From Octopus sinensis (lineage: Eukaryota), in the NCBI RefSeq assembly GCF_006345805.1, contig NC_043007.1, positions 72,478,001 through 72,542,000 on the forward strand: a stretch of 64,000 nucleotides of DNA, given 5' to 3'. Position numbers and translations under genes: made by a program. The notes beneath the pieces were generated by a model that was given only the letters and a program-made list of their open reading frames with translations, was not told the origin of the DNA and ran no database searches. Below are positions 23,082 through 37,625 of the stretch, piece after piece (within the stretch, counting starts at the first letter, position 1; each line of letters begins with the position of its first letter).

Positions 23082-24659
23082 GTTAGTCTTGTTCAGTTTC
23101 TCACTTAAAAAAAAAAAAAAAATAACGTTTATCATTGACGACGATACATCACGGTGGAAATCTTATTAAACCTAACCAGGAAGACTGGCAATTCATAATT
23201 CAATCTAATTGTTATGTTTTAAAATGTTTTGTGTCAAGTGTCACATTAAACGGTTGTACATCTATGGAATGGCAATATTTTTATGAAAGGTTTCTTTTGT
23301 TTATATATCCGATTCCATAATGTTTCTCAGAATCTGACGATGGATAAATGCCTTTTCCATTTTGTTTTATCCTTGCTAACATGAAGAAATAACCAAAAGC
23401 TTACATACTATATATATTTACGTGCTAGATATACCCAAATATATTTAAAACATAGTGGATTGACACGCAATGTTACTACTGATTATTATCTTGCCCAAAA
23501 CTGAAGACAATTTTATTTATTTATATATACATTTTTTTTTTTTTTGGTTTTTCATAGCAGCTAACTGTTATTTTGATTACTCTAATTACAAAAACTCCTG
23601 TTTTATTAGCATTAACATTATTTCTCTTACAAGATTGTTGTAAACTGATGAAATGTTATTAGTTGTTCTATTAGATTGACTAAAATGTCATTCACCTATT
23701 GCGACTCATTTAGACAACGTATTCTCTATTCTCTCACCAAATTCTTCACATCTCAACTTTGTTGTGTAGTTACTTCACATTTTTAAATATTTAGTTATTC
23801 CTGAATTATTTTAAAATATCAAGATTAAAATCATCGTTGTCGTTGTCTTAGTTTTTATAATAAATAATAAACAGGTCGTTCCTCTCACATTGCAGCATCA
23901 GAATTCCATTTGTGTCTCTGAAGACGTCTGTAGTCGTTTCTAAAAATGTAGGGTATAAAACTGATGCCAAGCATCGAGTTAGTTTAATGAGACATTTTGT
24001 CTTTCGTAATCTGGGTGTTATTTTAATATAATAAGCGACCTCTTTCTTGTCAATTGTCTTTCAGAATGATTTATTTTGCTTCTTGTGCCATTAGAGGACA
24101 TCATAATCATCTTTCCCCATCGTAGAACTCTATGGCTAGAAAATATTTCTACTACTTAATTTATCCCCACAATACGAAACTTATGACGTAGGAAATAGAA
24201 AATTACAAAATGAATGATTCAGAAGTGCTAGTGCTATATATATATATATATATATATATAGATAGATAGATACAAACACACACATATATATATTATATAT
24301 ATGCACACACACAATTTAATATCATCATCGGTCACGCAATTTCGAAACTTTCATCTCGACCCTGGACAGTCTTGATGCTGTCATATACATAGTATATTTT
24401 ATGATTTAAAAAAAAAAAAATATACAATCGTTTTTCTTTTCTTTTTTTTTTTTTTTTTTTCAAAATCTGTTGATTATGTAATATTGTGCCGTTAATGACG
24501 GCAACTTGTGTATAAAATGATCAAAATAGAATTTGCCAGCGACTTGTTCATCCTGGAGATTGCAGCGCACAACATTTACCAACCACCACCACATTGTAGT
24601 GATAGTTGTCTGCTGATTAGTAAGTAGATGTTGTAGACACACACCCGCCCATAAATACA

Positions 24660-24715
<56 letters not shown>

Positions 24716-25479
24716 GTACGTACACGCACGTATATATACTTACGTACACGCACACGTACACACTGACGATAATTACTGATTGTATGTCTTAATTTCAAGA
24801 AATTCGTACAGTACCTACCTATTCGTGCATTAGCTATATTTTAATATCGTCCTTCTTCAGGACTTCACCAACTTCTGCATACTTTGATGGTGGTTGTGAT
24901 GGCGTTAGTAGTAGTAGTAGTTATTAAATATAAATTATATGAAAAACATAGAAGTAATTAACTAAATATATTTACGCTAAGATTATTTGTGCAAATTCTT
25001 GAAATGACTTATATTATTTGGATGTCTTTCCAATTTTTCTCCACCTAATGACAATGTAGCAGTGGTATTTACTTCTAAGCAAGAGCACATTTCAAGATTT
25101 AAACCTCTAAAATTCCTTCGGTCATTGTAACACCTGTTTCCTTTGTATATATTCAAATTACTAGATTTGCAGAACAATTCAAACCTCACTGAATAAAAAA
25201 AAAAAAAACCCAAAAAACAAGTGAACAAATGCATTACGTTCACAATGATGAAAAATCTTTGGCAAAAATATTTCATTTTTCGAATTGTTCTTGTGGAGAT
25301 ACCACTTTCTAAAGTAGGTGCAGTTTAATTTATGATGTTCATGAGCTGCAAAGTGTTAGTCATCTAAATTATATACAGGCTGGAATATCCACCATTAATC
25401 TAAATCTTTAAACATTGTGGCTTCTCCCCCTACAAAAACATCCAGATATTACAAATTGTTCACATATACATATGCCTAT

Positions 25480-25522
<43 letters not shown>

Positions 25523-26097
25523 TTGTTTATATGTGGGCGTATATATAGGAGCGCATATACTCATGCATATATATATATATTATATATATATATGTACATA
25601 TACGTGTGTGTGTGTGTGTGTATATATACACACACACGTATCATCATCATCATTTAATGCCCGTGCTGGCATGGGTTGGTCAGTTTCAAAGGAGTTGGCA
25701 AGCCAGAAGATTGTACCTAATTCTGCTTGACTACAGTTGGATGCCCTTCATAATGCTAACCACTTTGCAGAGTGCTTTTTACATGGCACTAGTACCAGGA
25801 AGGTCATCAGTTAGCTTGCAACACAAGTGGGGAAGTAGTATTGAGGCAGTGGCTTCGTGCCATGTGATGAGAGATTAAAGTATGATACATGGACAGAAAC
25901 AGGTGTCTTGCAGTAGAGGAGTTACAGGGCTACTCCAGTTGGAAAAAGACAGAAGAGGGAGACAGATGAGGAAAATCTTTTGGGGCAACCCACATTTGTG
26001 TGTGTGCATCTGTCTTGGTGCTGCTCTCTGGCTTATCAATTCCAGTCAAACCCATGCCAGCATGAAAAGCAGATATTAAATGATGATGATGATATAT

Positions 26098-26480
26098 CAT
26101 CATCATCAGTTGACGTCCGTTTTCCATGCTAGCATGGGTTGAACAATTCGACCGGGGTCTGGGAAGCCAGGAGGCTGCACCAGGCTCCAGTCTGATCTGG
26201 CAGTGTTTCTACTGCTGGATGCCCTTCTTAATGCCAACCACTCCATGAGTGTAGTGGGTGCTTTTTACATGCCACCGGCACAGTTGCGAGAGGGGCACGG
26301 ACGCCAGTCAAGGCGGCGCTGGCATCAGCCATGTTCGGATGGTGCTTTTTATGTGCCACTGGTACGGGTATCACAACTACAATTTCCATTTGATTTTTAT
26401 TTTGATGTTGATGTACTTGACTCAATAGGTCTCCTCAAGCACAGCAGGTCACCCTATGATCCAAGGTAAGCACAGCAGGC
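26098..26480 (-). mobile_element. SINE family C, joined tail-to-tail to an opposite copy that ends at about 26092
   Basis: Junction reads atgatgatgatgat-at-atcatcatcatcag. Confidence 0.75.
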
Positions 26481-28139
26481 CATCCTGCCAGCCATAAACT
26501 ATAAAAAGAGTGGGCGTATGAGAAATCCAAGACAAGCTTGTATGTATTTGTCAAGCTTAATTATGTTTATCTGTATCATTACCGTCATCTTAGCTTGTCT
26601 TGGATTTTACTTAGAACCATTCTTGAAACCTAGTCCTAGATGAAGAATTCAGAGTTTAAGTTGAAATTCATTTGAGCACTAATGAGCATATCTTGCTCTT
26701 ATCTATTATATATGCATATGTGTGTATGTATGATTGTGTATCTTAAAAAAATTTTTAAAAAGACTTGTATGGCAACTAACAGAAAGGGCAAAATACAGAC
26801 ATCAATAAACACTTTTCATCTGCCAATTTTCATTCCAGAATTATTGGGATTTTGGCACTTAGAAAAAAAAGTTTGTATTCTTCATTTAGGAAATGTCAGA
26901 GCAAGTATATATGTATTTAGACATGTATGTGTGTGTATGTGTATTCACAAGCAAAGACATGTATGTATATGAACTTACATGTATGTATGGGTACATATGT
27001 TTGTTTATATTTACATGTATTTAGTTATGTGTGTGCATGCGCGTGTGTTTATTGTTTTGAATTGGCAGCAATCAAATTCTAACTGACATGAACTAAAACA
27101 AATATCACTTCAGTGTGGAAACCAAGCTCATGTTGTCAGTGAGCTATTAGTGGAATAATACCAAAATATCCATTTCTGATTCAACTATCATAATAGAGAC
27201 ATGAAAAAGCTATATTAACCTCAATAAAGTGTAAATGTGATGAATTTTGGACTCTGTTATAAATCCTTCTAAATTGGTGAAATTATTCCATGGAGGTTTT
27301 AAATTCATCAAACTCTTCAAATCCCACTATACGAGCTAATCTTCAAGAAAGAAAGAAAGAACACACACACACACACACACACACTTGCACCATCATTCTT
27401 CTTAGAAATTTACCTGCTTCTCAACTGTGCAGTGGTCCTTGCTTTGTTGTGAAAAATGTTTCTCTGTGTTACAGATGTAAAAATTAAAAAAATTTTGACA
27501 AGCTGTGTCAAGGGTCAAGATATAATCCCAAGAATTTCTTTGGTCTCAAAAATGCGCCTTTCAAATTTAAGCAATTCGGTTTCCAGTTTACCTTTCATTT
27601 GCAACAAGCATCAGCAAAAAGGCACAACGAACAGACACTTAGATTGGCCTGAATTAATTTGAGACATCAGTGTTCTGTCTAGGATCTTCCAATCTGTTTT
27701 TTTTTTTAGTTTCTAACAGAAAAATGAAGTATTTTGTATTGCCAGACACTTCAATAAATATTGGGAAAATATACAGTTAAAAAAATAATTCTTGAAGACC
27801 AGTGATCCTTACTGGAGTCCATAAAAGATTTTGGAAGTCCACACAAGTAAAATATTTAAATTGGGGACCAACAATAGTATATATAGGATCTGTGAGCAAA
27901 TTTTGCTTTAGATGTATTTATTGCAAGAAACAGCTAGGTTTGTTTCTCAAGCGTTTTATGTAGTTCAATCTACACAAGTTAATGTGTGAAAGACAAAATA
28001 GAAATTTTAGAATATCTATCTATAAAACTAGTTTTTAAACTGTAATCAAAGAGATCCATATGTAAAAACTGGCTGCGAACCACTGATATAGACTAATTAT
28101 GTAAATTATATTATTCAGAATAAAATTTAATTTTAGGTT

Positions 28140-29099
28140 TTAAAGGGATGGTTGTGTGCTTAAGAAGCTTGCTTTGCAATCACATAGTTTTAGGTTCAGT
28201 CCCACTGCACAGAACTTTGGGTAAGTGTCTTCTATTGTCCATGTTAACCAATGCCTTGTGAGTGAATTTGGTTGACAGAAACTATGTGGAAGCCCATCGT
28301 ATGTGTGTGTCCCCTTCCTCATAACTTGGCAACTGGTGTTGTCTTGTTTACATCCTTATAACTTAGCAGTTTGACAAAAGAGATCAATAAGATAAGTACT
28401 GTAGTCAATTTGTGAGGAAGGGCATCCAGCCGTAGAAACATTGCCAGATCAAACTGGGCCTGGTGCAGGGTTCTGGCTTTCCAGACCCCATTTGAACCGT
28501 CCAACCTATGCCAGCAGGGAAAGCGGACACAAAACGATGATGATGAAACCCTCCAAGATGGTGTTCCAGCATGGCTACAGTCCAATGACTGAATCAAGTA
28601 AACAATAAAAGATAAGGTTTGCTTGTTTATTTCATTCATGGCTGTATGGTAAGAAGCTTGCTTTCCAACCACATGGTCCAGGGTTCAGCTCCACTACATG
28701 ACACTTTGAGCCTCAGGTCAACTAAAGCATTGTCAGTGGATTTGGTAGACAGAAACTGAAAGAAACCTGTCATATCTTATACTTGTTTTAGTCTTCGACT
28801 GCAGCGACGCTGGGACATTGCCTTGAAGAGTTTTTAGTTAATAAATAGACCCAAGAACTTTTTTTTTTAAGCTTGGTACTTATTCTATCAGTCACTTTTG
28901 GCAAACCTCTAAGTTACAGGGACACAAATACACCAACACCAGATGTGAAGCAGTGGAGGAAAACGCAGACACAAAGACACACGCATGTATATATATACAT
29001 GTGTGTATATATACATGTGTATATATATGTGTATATATATATATGTATATATACGTGTGTATATATATGTATATATACGTGTGTATATGTATATATGTC

Positions 29100-29152
<53 letters not shown>

Positions 29153-29420
29153 ACTCAACTCAAGGCTATAATAGAAGACCCTTATTCAAGTTGCTACACA
29201 GTGGTACTGAACCATGTGGTTGAGAAGCAACCTTTTTACTACACTTGTCTATATTTGATTCCACAACCACTTGTTAACTGGTGTTGGTGTGTTTAACATC
29301 CCCTGTAACCTAGCAGTTTGGCAAAAGAGACCAGGCTTAAAATAAAAGTAAGTACAAAGATTCTTCAATTTGGTGCCCCAGCATAGCTGCAGTCTAATGA
29401 CTGAAACAAGTCACAGACAA
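28140..29420. mobile_element. Cluster of adjacent or nested SINE A and C fragments with (TA)/(TG) microsatellite
   Basis: Multiple copies of family A head/tail motifs and family C tail motifs in both orientations. Confidence 0.65.
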
Positions 29421-30319
29421 AAGATTATTTATTTATTTGCACATTTTGGTGGAAGTTATATTCCGAATTGCTTGGCTTGCAGCTGCTATTGGTGAAACAA
29501 CATTCTTATATCGATGAAAGGGTGTCAGCATCTTCTTAGCATAATTTAACTGCAATAGACCAAATTCATGGGTGTGTATTTATTTTAGGTATGGATATAC
29601 TGGGTCTGCACCAGCCAAGGCAACTTATGTCCATGCAGGCATAGGTGTAGTTGTGTTAAGAAGTTGACAACTACTTGGTTTTAGGTTTACTTCTATTGCG
29701 GATGCCTTGTGCTAGTTTCTTTTGCTACAGCCCTGGGTCAACCAAAGCCTTGTGAGGGAATTTGGTAAATAGAAACTGAATGTAACATGTTGTATTGTCA
29801 TCATCTCATTTTACATTCACTTCTCCATGCTTGCAGATGTCTGAGGCAGATTTTCTGCAGCTGGTTGTTCTTTCTGTTGTGAACCCTCACCTGTCACCTA
29901 GCAAATTGATATTTTTCAATGGCCAGATATGTTTTAAAATTTGTACAGTGGTGATGCTTGTTTAGAAGTATTGCACACTCCCAAAAGATGGAAGCACAAA
30001 CGTGCACACACAGACACACACATATGTATGTTTATATATACACATGTATATGTATATATACACATATAATATACCTAATTCAAGGCTATAATAGAAGGCT
30101 CTTATCCAAGTTGCTACACAATGGGATTGAACCTGGAACCATGTGGTTGAGAAACAACCTTTTTACCACACTTGTCTGTATTTGATTCCACAACCACTTG
30201 TCAACTGGTGTTATTGTGTTTAACATCCCCCGTAATTTAGCAGTGGTGTATTTATGTATAGAAGAAAACACATAAATATATATACATTTGCACAATTTTA
30301 TTTTAAGAGCCATTTTTGC

Positions 30320-32500
30320 CAAGCCGGCATGGGCATGTCTTCTCATGTACAGCACATCACCAATCAATGTGACTCTGCATCAACTTCAGATCTGTCTTCA
30401 CCACTTCCTCCCAAGCCTTCTGTAGTCTCTCTCTTCTACAAGCTCACTTCACTTTGAATGGGCGTACACATCAGGTGCCCGTACCAGCACAATCTTCTCT
30501 CTTGTACACTTTGTCTGGTTTCTCATGTTCCATTTTTCTTCCAATTTATTTGTGCACTGATATTCATGCACCCTGACATTACACATCCAATGGAGCAAAC
30601 TTGTTTCATTTCTTTTAGGTTTATATAAATCCTTTACATTCAAAGCCCACTTCTTACAACCATGCAGCATTGCACTTTGCACACAAGCATCATACAATCT
30701 GTCCTTCACTCTGAAGTAGAAGATCTTTGTTGCTAACAGAGTTAATAGTTCTCGCTTTGGTTACTACTCTATCTGAACACTCACCCCTACTGTTAATTAA
30801 GTCCCAAGCTTACAGAAACTATTTATTACTTCTGGAAATCCATCTTGGCATTGGAAGGAGTCAATTTCATATGTGCCCTTAGTATTTACAACCCCTGTAC
30901 ACCTGCTACATATGAAGTTTACCTTCTCTGTTGACCTACCTGTGATCCCACTGTACCTCTTGTACATTCATAGTTTACACTGGATTCTCTGAATAAAATT
31001 CTTAAGTACTTTTCTGTGTATCAAACATGGCTTTTCTCTTGTGGTAGCAAAGTTCTGTCTTCTTCATTTTGAAGCCTCTTGGCTCCAAGTTTTGTTTGCA
31101 TGTCTGAAATTTTTTTTCTAATTCTACTAGAGACCTTGCTTTTACAGCAAGGTCATCAACATACAAAAGCTCCTTGCTAGTCTTGAACGCCTTTACCAGG
31201 GCTTGAAGGACTATAATGAATAGAAGTGAGCTGAGGACTGAGCCCTGGTGCACCTCTGCTCTCCCACTGAATTCATCACTAACTCTCACTTTATTGACTG
31301 GACCTCTATACATAACTTGTACAGCTCCCACAAGCCATTTGTCTACTCTTAACTTCATTAACCACCAGATCACAGAGCAGGGAACCCTATTGAAGGTTTT
31401 CTCTAGATCAATAAATGTCAGGTAGAGGGGATTATTTCTGCCTAGATACTTCACTTGCAGCTGTCTCACGAGAAAGATTGCTTCAGTAATTCTTCTTTCA
31501 GGTATAAAAACCAACTGCATTGCATCTGTGTTGATTCTTTTTCTATTCAGTTGTGCTACAATTCTCTCTTTAACCTTCATAACATGGTCCGTTAGTTTAA
31601 TGCCCCTATACTTCTCTCTAGTACACTACCTTTGCTCTTGTAGAAGTTGGTAATCATGCTGCACCACCAGTCACTTGGCATATCTACTGGATATTTTAAA
31701 CATCTCTGTGGTGATAGAACAGTAGCTTTCCTTGCCTTCTTGTCCTTAATCGCTTTATTCGCTACATGGCTGTCAACTTGGATGGCTGCTTCCTCTGTTG
31801 GGTCTACTTGGCTGTGGGCCCTTCTTCTCTCATGTATTCTCCTTGTTCAGCAACCTCTCATAATAGCACTGTTACATTTCTTTCTTTACATTCTCAGTAA
31901 GAGCAAGGGTACCATTATCATTCCATACATTCTTTTCCCTAATGATGCCTTGATTTTCTCTCACACACTGCCTTGCAATCCAGAATACTTTGTGTTTCTA
32001 ATTGTCATATCTTAGAACGTTAGCAAACTTTTTACTCTGGCCTTCTTCCCTTGCTAGATATACCTGATATCTTGCTTCTGTTCTTGCAGCTGGGTATTGT
32101 TGTCTCTTAGCTTTTATGGCCATGTCTATAGGGCTGTTCCACTATTATGTCACCTTTTTGGCTGAGACCTTGTTCAGCCACAATTTGGTCTGTCACGTTT
32201 AGTATGTTTTCCAGCAGAACCTTCCAGTTGTCCCTCTACATTATTTTCTCCTCCTCCTATTTTAAATAATTTGTCTCTTAACCTGTTGCTGGTTGTTTTC
32301 TATGTCCTCTTCCCAATTCAGGTTGCCCTCTGTCTCCGTGACCTTGTAACTCTTGTCTGAAGTAACTAACCAGCATTTTATGTTGTGTAGTACACTCTCT
32401 GCCAGGGATAAACTTAGCATTCACAACCAGCTGACTATTTTTCTAGCTAGTATGAAGTCTGTCTACTGTGTTTACCTGAATGTCAGATGATCAGGTGACT
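30320..32500 (-). pseudogene. RTE LINE ORF remnant (end of APE, RT domain, 3' end)
   Basis: ORF 31002-31580 reads ITEAIFLVRQLQVKY..LYLTFIDLEKTFNRVP..HQGSVLSSLLFIIVL..LLYVDDLAV; ORF 30449-30709 reads YDACVQSAMLHGCKKWAL. Confidence 0.85.
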
Positions 32501-33950
32501 AGAACATTTTTTTGAAGTTGGTGCTGCAAATGGTAAGGCCATTTGCATCACAGCACTCCATGAATGCTAACAAAGTCTTTATGATGTTGTCCAACTTCAC
32601 CTTTAAAATCATCAGCCATGATGATGAAGTTACTGTTATTCATTTTGGACATGACCTGCAGAAGGATATCATAGAAGTCTTCTTCTTCTTCTTGATCTGT
32701 CAAACTTTTTGCATTAAGGTAGTTAAATGATGGAGTAGATCTTCACTTCTACATTTCAACATCTCAATACAGAGACCATCCATCCCAGGCAGCTTAATAT
32801 TATTTAACTTCTTTACTGCATTTTCACCTTCTTCTAGGGAAGTTTCTGCCATATGTTCTTTTGTGGGCATCAAAGAATCAAACCAACAAACTTGCCATCA
32901 ACCAGAGAAGGCCTATTTAAAAGTTAGTTAAAATGTTCTTGCTACTTGATAAGAATATCTTTAAGATCTCTGATACTGCCACCCACAAGTTACACAGAAG
33001 CTTTGTTTTATTGGGATCATATGCCAATTGGATTTTATCTGCTTTATTCTCACCCAAGTATCTTGCATGTCATGAAGCCTATTTTGTACCTTACACTTCA
33101 TCTCACTGTTCAAGCTTTCAATTCTTATGTATTTCTGGTTCTCCACCAACTCTTGTATGCACAACATTCTTTTCATTTAATAATGTTTGAACTTCATTTT
33201 CGTTAAACCAGTCTTGATGTTTTCTTTCCACTAAATGCAGATCATCTTTGCAAATGCGAGACACAGATGTTTTGAACTCTTCCCATAAGTCTTTGAATAC
33301 AATGTCATCCATTCTCTTCACCAATTCTTCCTTATTAGCATCTTCGTTCAGATGAGTCACAATTTCTTTGGAGTGGTCACACCATTGGCTCTTGCTTTGA
33401 TTTTCTTAACAAAGTTCATCTTTGCTCCAGCAAAACATCGGTCCATTGAGAATTCAGCCTCCCACATAATGTGGACACTACACACATCACACCTAACAAA
33501 CAAGAAGAAAATCATGTACGACTGTTTCAAACCTGGATGCTTTCAGGTTATTTTGCTTTTAGATTTCTGCTGGAACATGGTGTTTGTTATGCAGAAATCC
33601 GACTTCTAACACCATGCTTTCCAGTTACACCCAAGGTTTGGTAATTCTTGACATCTCTAGCATTGAAGTCACCAAGTATGATGAGTTCCTCAGCACAAAG
33701 AATATAGACAAGCTCCTTTAGCAAAAGCTAAAATGCTAGTTCTTCAACTTCAGAAGAACACAGAAATGAAGTGTAAACACTTTTTGGGGTAACAAACCTG
33801 TTGTTTGACAATGGCATCCTCATTGACATCAGGCAATCAATAAATCCATATTGGGTTTTATTGAAGCTGAAAAGACTTGAGAAGCTGTTACCTAGACTTT
33901 CAATTAACCGATTATCAGATGCCTGTCTGGTGATCAGTTACATGAAACTC
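32500..33950 (-). pseudogene. RTE-BovB-like LINE remnant (APE and linker, internally deleted RT)
   Basis: CITNTMFQQKSKSKIT.KHPG; HLVERKHQDWFNENEVQTLLNEK; AVKKLNNIKLPGMDGLCIEMLK. Confidence 0.7.
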
Positions 33951-34123
33951 TGAGTAACAGTTTGTCAAGTCTTTTCAACTTCAATAAATATGTCCATGTA
34001 TGTATGTGTATATATGTATAACAACCATGTGTAGTTTACGGTACAGACAAAATGATATTTTGAATGCAGTATCACCATTAGAGCAGCAGAAAAACTGGGT
34101 ATTATTACCCTTACAAAGCAGAA

Positions 34124-34158
<35 letters not shown>

Positions 34159-35249
34159 ATATACAAAACATACATGCAGATACACAGACATGCACATGCG
34201 TGCATGGTAGTTGCTGACTTGTAAATGAGTATGACCATCACTGAGAAATTATCTTATCCCAGATGTTAAAGACAATGGCTGACAGTAATGCCTATATCAT
34301 CAATATCATCTCTGCACAACACCACTAAGATTCTCACCTCCATAGCAAGTATTCCAGATACAAAAAAATGCAAAATCACCGGCTTCCCAATGCGGCAGTT
34401 GTTATAATGGAATTTCCATTTGTTGGATGGCCATTGACTTTACTGAGATCATCTGTTCTTTGACAAGTGTTGTTTTACATCCTGCTGGGTGTCCAATGCA
34501 AACCATCCTCCTTACCAAGCAAGCTTGGTAGGGTTGCCAGTTTAGTTGCCAATGGTCCAACCATGAAACACCATGTACTGGGTTACATGTTACAAGTAGC
34601 TTTAAAAATGATCTGACCTCCCACACATGCACACACATGTATGATTATGTGTGTGTATATATATTATTGAAGTATATATATCTATATATACAGATAGATA
34701 GACATTTATGTATACATATATAGATGTATAAATATATTTGTGTATGTAAGTATACATATGTATGTATATATGTGTGTATACAAATATGTACACATATACC
34801 CACCTGTGTATCATACTTAATATATACACACTGTCAGTAGGCCAGTTACTGAAGTATTTGTCCTGAAATAACATCACTTATGTATATACTGTGCTAAAAA
34901 AGCATAATGTGTATATGTGTGTGTATATATATATTTATATATATATATGAGGAAAAGTTGACAGTGACTTTGAAGTTTATGTTTGCTTTTTTGCCTTCAT
35001 CAGTCACTCTGTCTGTATATATTATCATCATCACACACACATTATATTATCCTCATCATTTAATGTCCATGTTCCATGCTGGCATGGGTTGGACAGTTGG
35101 ACTGGAGTTGATGCATGGACTACATCATATTACAGTATTTGCTTTGCCATGGTTCCTGTAGCTGGAAGCTCTTCCTAATGTCAACCACTTGCAGTGTGTA
35201 CTAGGTACTTTTTTCATGTCACCAGCATTAGTGAGGCTGTCAAGCAGTT

Positions 35250-37625
35250 TGCAGGGCTATGAACCCCAAGGGGTGTGGGCTTTATGCTAGGAGATGAGAC
35301 AGAAAAGATAGGTAAGAGCATGAGAGAAGAAACCGGAGTAGAATAGGTTTCTTGCTATAAAAGAGCTACATGACAACTCACATTTTAGAAGAGAGGGTGG
35401 GATTGGATCAGAGCACAATGGGGAGTGGGGAGTATGAGATGACTGACAGTGCTGAGCAGCAAAACAATACTGATGAAACAGTTGACAGGACGAAAGAAGG
35501 ATGCTTTTAGATAAGTTACAGGAGTGAGTGAAAAAGAGATTGGCAAGCATGGTGCATAAGAAGAGTGAGAGACGTGTGGTGGTGGGGAAGGATAATTGTT
35601 GATTCAGTGGAAGGGTAGGTAGAGGGAACTGTGTTAATGGATGAAGATGGGTCTGAGTAATAAGAAAAGTAAGTGGTGTCAAGAAAGAACAGCAGTTACA
35701 AAGGTGATGGGCTGTTGGGGTTTGTGAATGTCTTTCTGTGAAGAAGGAAATAAAGCAAAGGGCCCTCTTGTACACATACACCTACATAGCTCATTTGAAA
35801 TTTAGTTTTGCCACAGTGGCAGGTCTTATCAAAAACTATATTTGCTAGTCATCTTGGTCCTTAGTCATCTTTTCCATCAGGTTCAAGGTTCTGAGATCAG
35901 CTTCCACCACTTATCCCATTTTTTGGTTTTCCCTCTTCTGTATGTTCTATCCATACTGAGTGACCAACACTACTTTATACAGCATTACATGTCCAATACC
36001 AGCACAGTCTTCTTTCTTGCACACTACATCCAATTCCTCTTATGCCCTGTTTTTCTCTCAGCACATTTATACTATGTCGTTTATGCACACTCACATTGCA
36101 CATCCACTGGAGCATGCTTGCTTCATTTCTTACCAGTCTACTCAAGCTTTCTGCATTGAAGCCCCCATGTCTCACTACCATGCAGCTTTGTGGTTCTAAT
36201 ACAGGCACCATACAAATCTGCCCTTCACTCTGGCTACGATACTTTCAAAGCAATCACCTTCCTTGCTAATTACATTCCCTAAATAACAAAAGCTGTCTAC
36301 TACTTCTGGTGAGTCATCTGGGCATTTAAGTGAAACTATTTCCAGTGTACTCTTAGTTTCTACTGCACCAGTGTATCTATCACATACGAAGCTTACATTC
36401 TCTGTTAATCTGCCTGTGATTCTTCCACATCTCTTGTATGTCCATAGCATACATTGAGTACAGTGTATAGAGTTAGTATCTTCTCTGCATATCAACCATG
36501 ACCATTTTTCTGAAGATACCAGATTTTTGACTTCTTCTGTACTTTGTTTTTGGTTGGTCTATCCTGAGACCTCTCAATTCTTGGTTTATTTTCCAAGCCT
36601 GAAATTTTTAAATTCCTCTATAGATTTAGCTACAAGAACTGGATCATTAGTATATAGGAATTCCCATGGACAGCTACTCTTCAACTCCTCCATGATAGCC
36701 TGTTGGACTATGACAAATAGGAGAGGACTAAGATTCGATGAAGTACCTTTACACTAAATTTGTCGCTGAAATTGTTGCCTGCTCTCACTTTACTCCTTGC
36801 ATATTTGTACATAGCATATGCAACTCTTACAAGTCATTCATCTACATCTACTTTCCTTATTGACCACCAAATTATGGAGTGTGGACCACTTTCTATAGAT
36901 CAATGAGACCCAAGAATATCAGTTTAGTCTTTGCCAAGTATTTCTCCTGCAGTTGCCTGACTAGGAAGACTACATCCATGCCTCTTTCAGGGACAAGCTA
37001 AACTGCATCTCATCTAGGTCTACTCTGTCATACATCAATTGGGTTATGACTCTTTCTCTATGACCTTCATAACCTGATTCAATAGTTTAAGCCCTTTATA
37101 GTTGCTTCTCTCTAAAGCTTTTCTTCTGCCTTTGTATCATTTTACAATGATGCTGCTACACCAATCATTGGGTATGACACCTTCCTGTATATTTACTATC
37201 CAGGTGGTAATCATGCATCCTGCCTCACCAAATATTTTGAGCATTTCTGCAACTGTCACTGATAGATCTGCAACTCTTTTTGCCTTCATATCCTTGGCTG
37301 TTTTATCTACTTTGCTGCTGTCAACTTGAATTGTTAATCCCTCAGTGCAGTCAGTAGTCCCCCTTTTCACAATAGCACTTCCATACCAATTTCTTTGGTT
37401 CCATGACAATGGTGAATATACCTTCATCATTTCAAATACTCTTTTCACCAATGACATCTCAGTTCTCTCTCACACATTGTCTCACAATCCTGAACGCTTC
37501 ACAACTCTGATCTTCACATTACAGGATATGTGCAAATCTCTTCATTTTGCCTTACCTTTAGCCAAATAACTGCTCTTTTAACCATTTGATAATGCTCGAC
37601 CTTCTTTCCAAGTTTTTGAAACTTG
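35250..37625 (-). pseudogene. RTE LINE remnant with CT-rich 3' UTR
   Basis: VAEMLKIFGEAG..EGVIPNDWCSSIIV; IHCTQCMLWTYKRCGRITG..EVVDSFCYLG; SVLVRNEASMLQWMCNV..RRLCWY. Confidence 0.8.

Larger units (their letters stand above)
20500..25000. promoter_or_regulatory. CpG-retaining (probably unmethylated) promoter domain; limits approximate
   Basis: 7 CpGs in 20761-20920 versus 1 CpG in 16561-17280 (hand counts). CpGs are frequent in unique sequence through about 25 kb and rare in the flanks outside young SINEs. Confidence 0.55.

Noticed and set aside
27631-27680. Imperfect hairpin of about 50 nt as an intronic miRNA precursor
   Set aside because: The stem is too short and bulged to support without small-RNA data.
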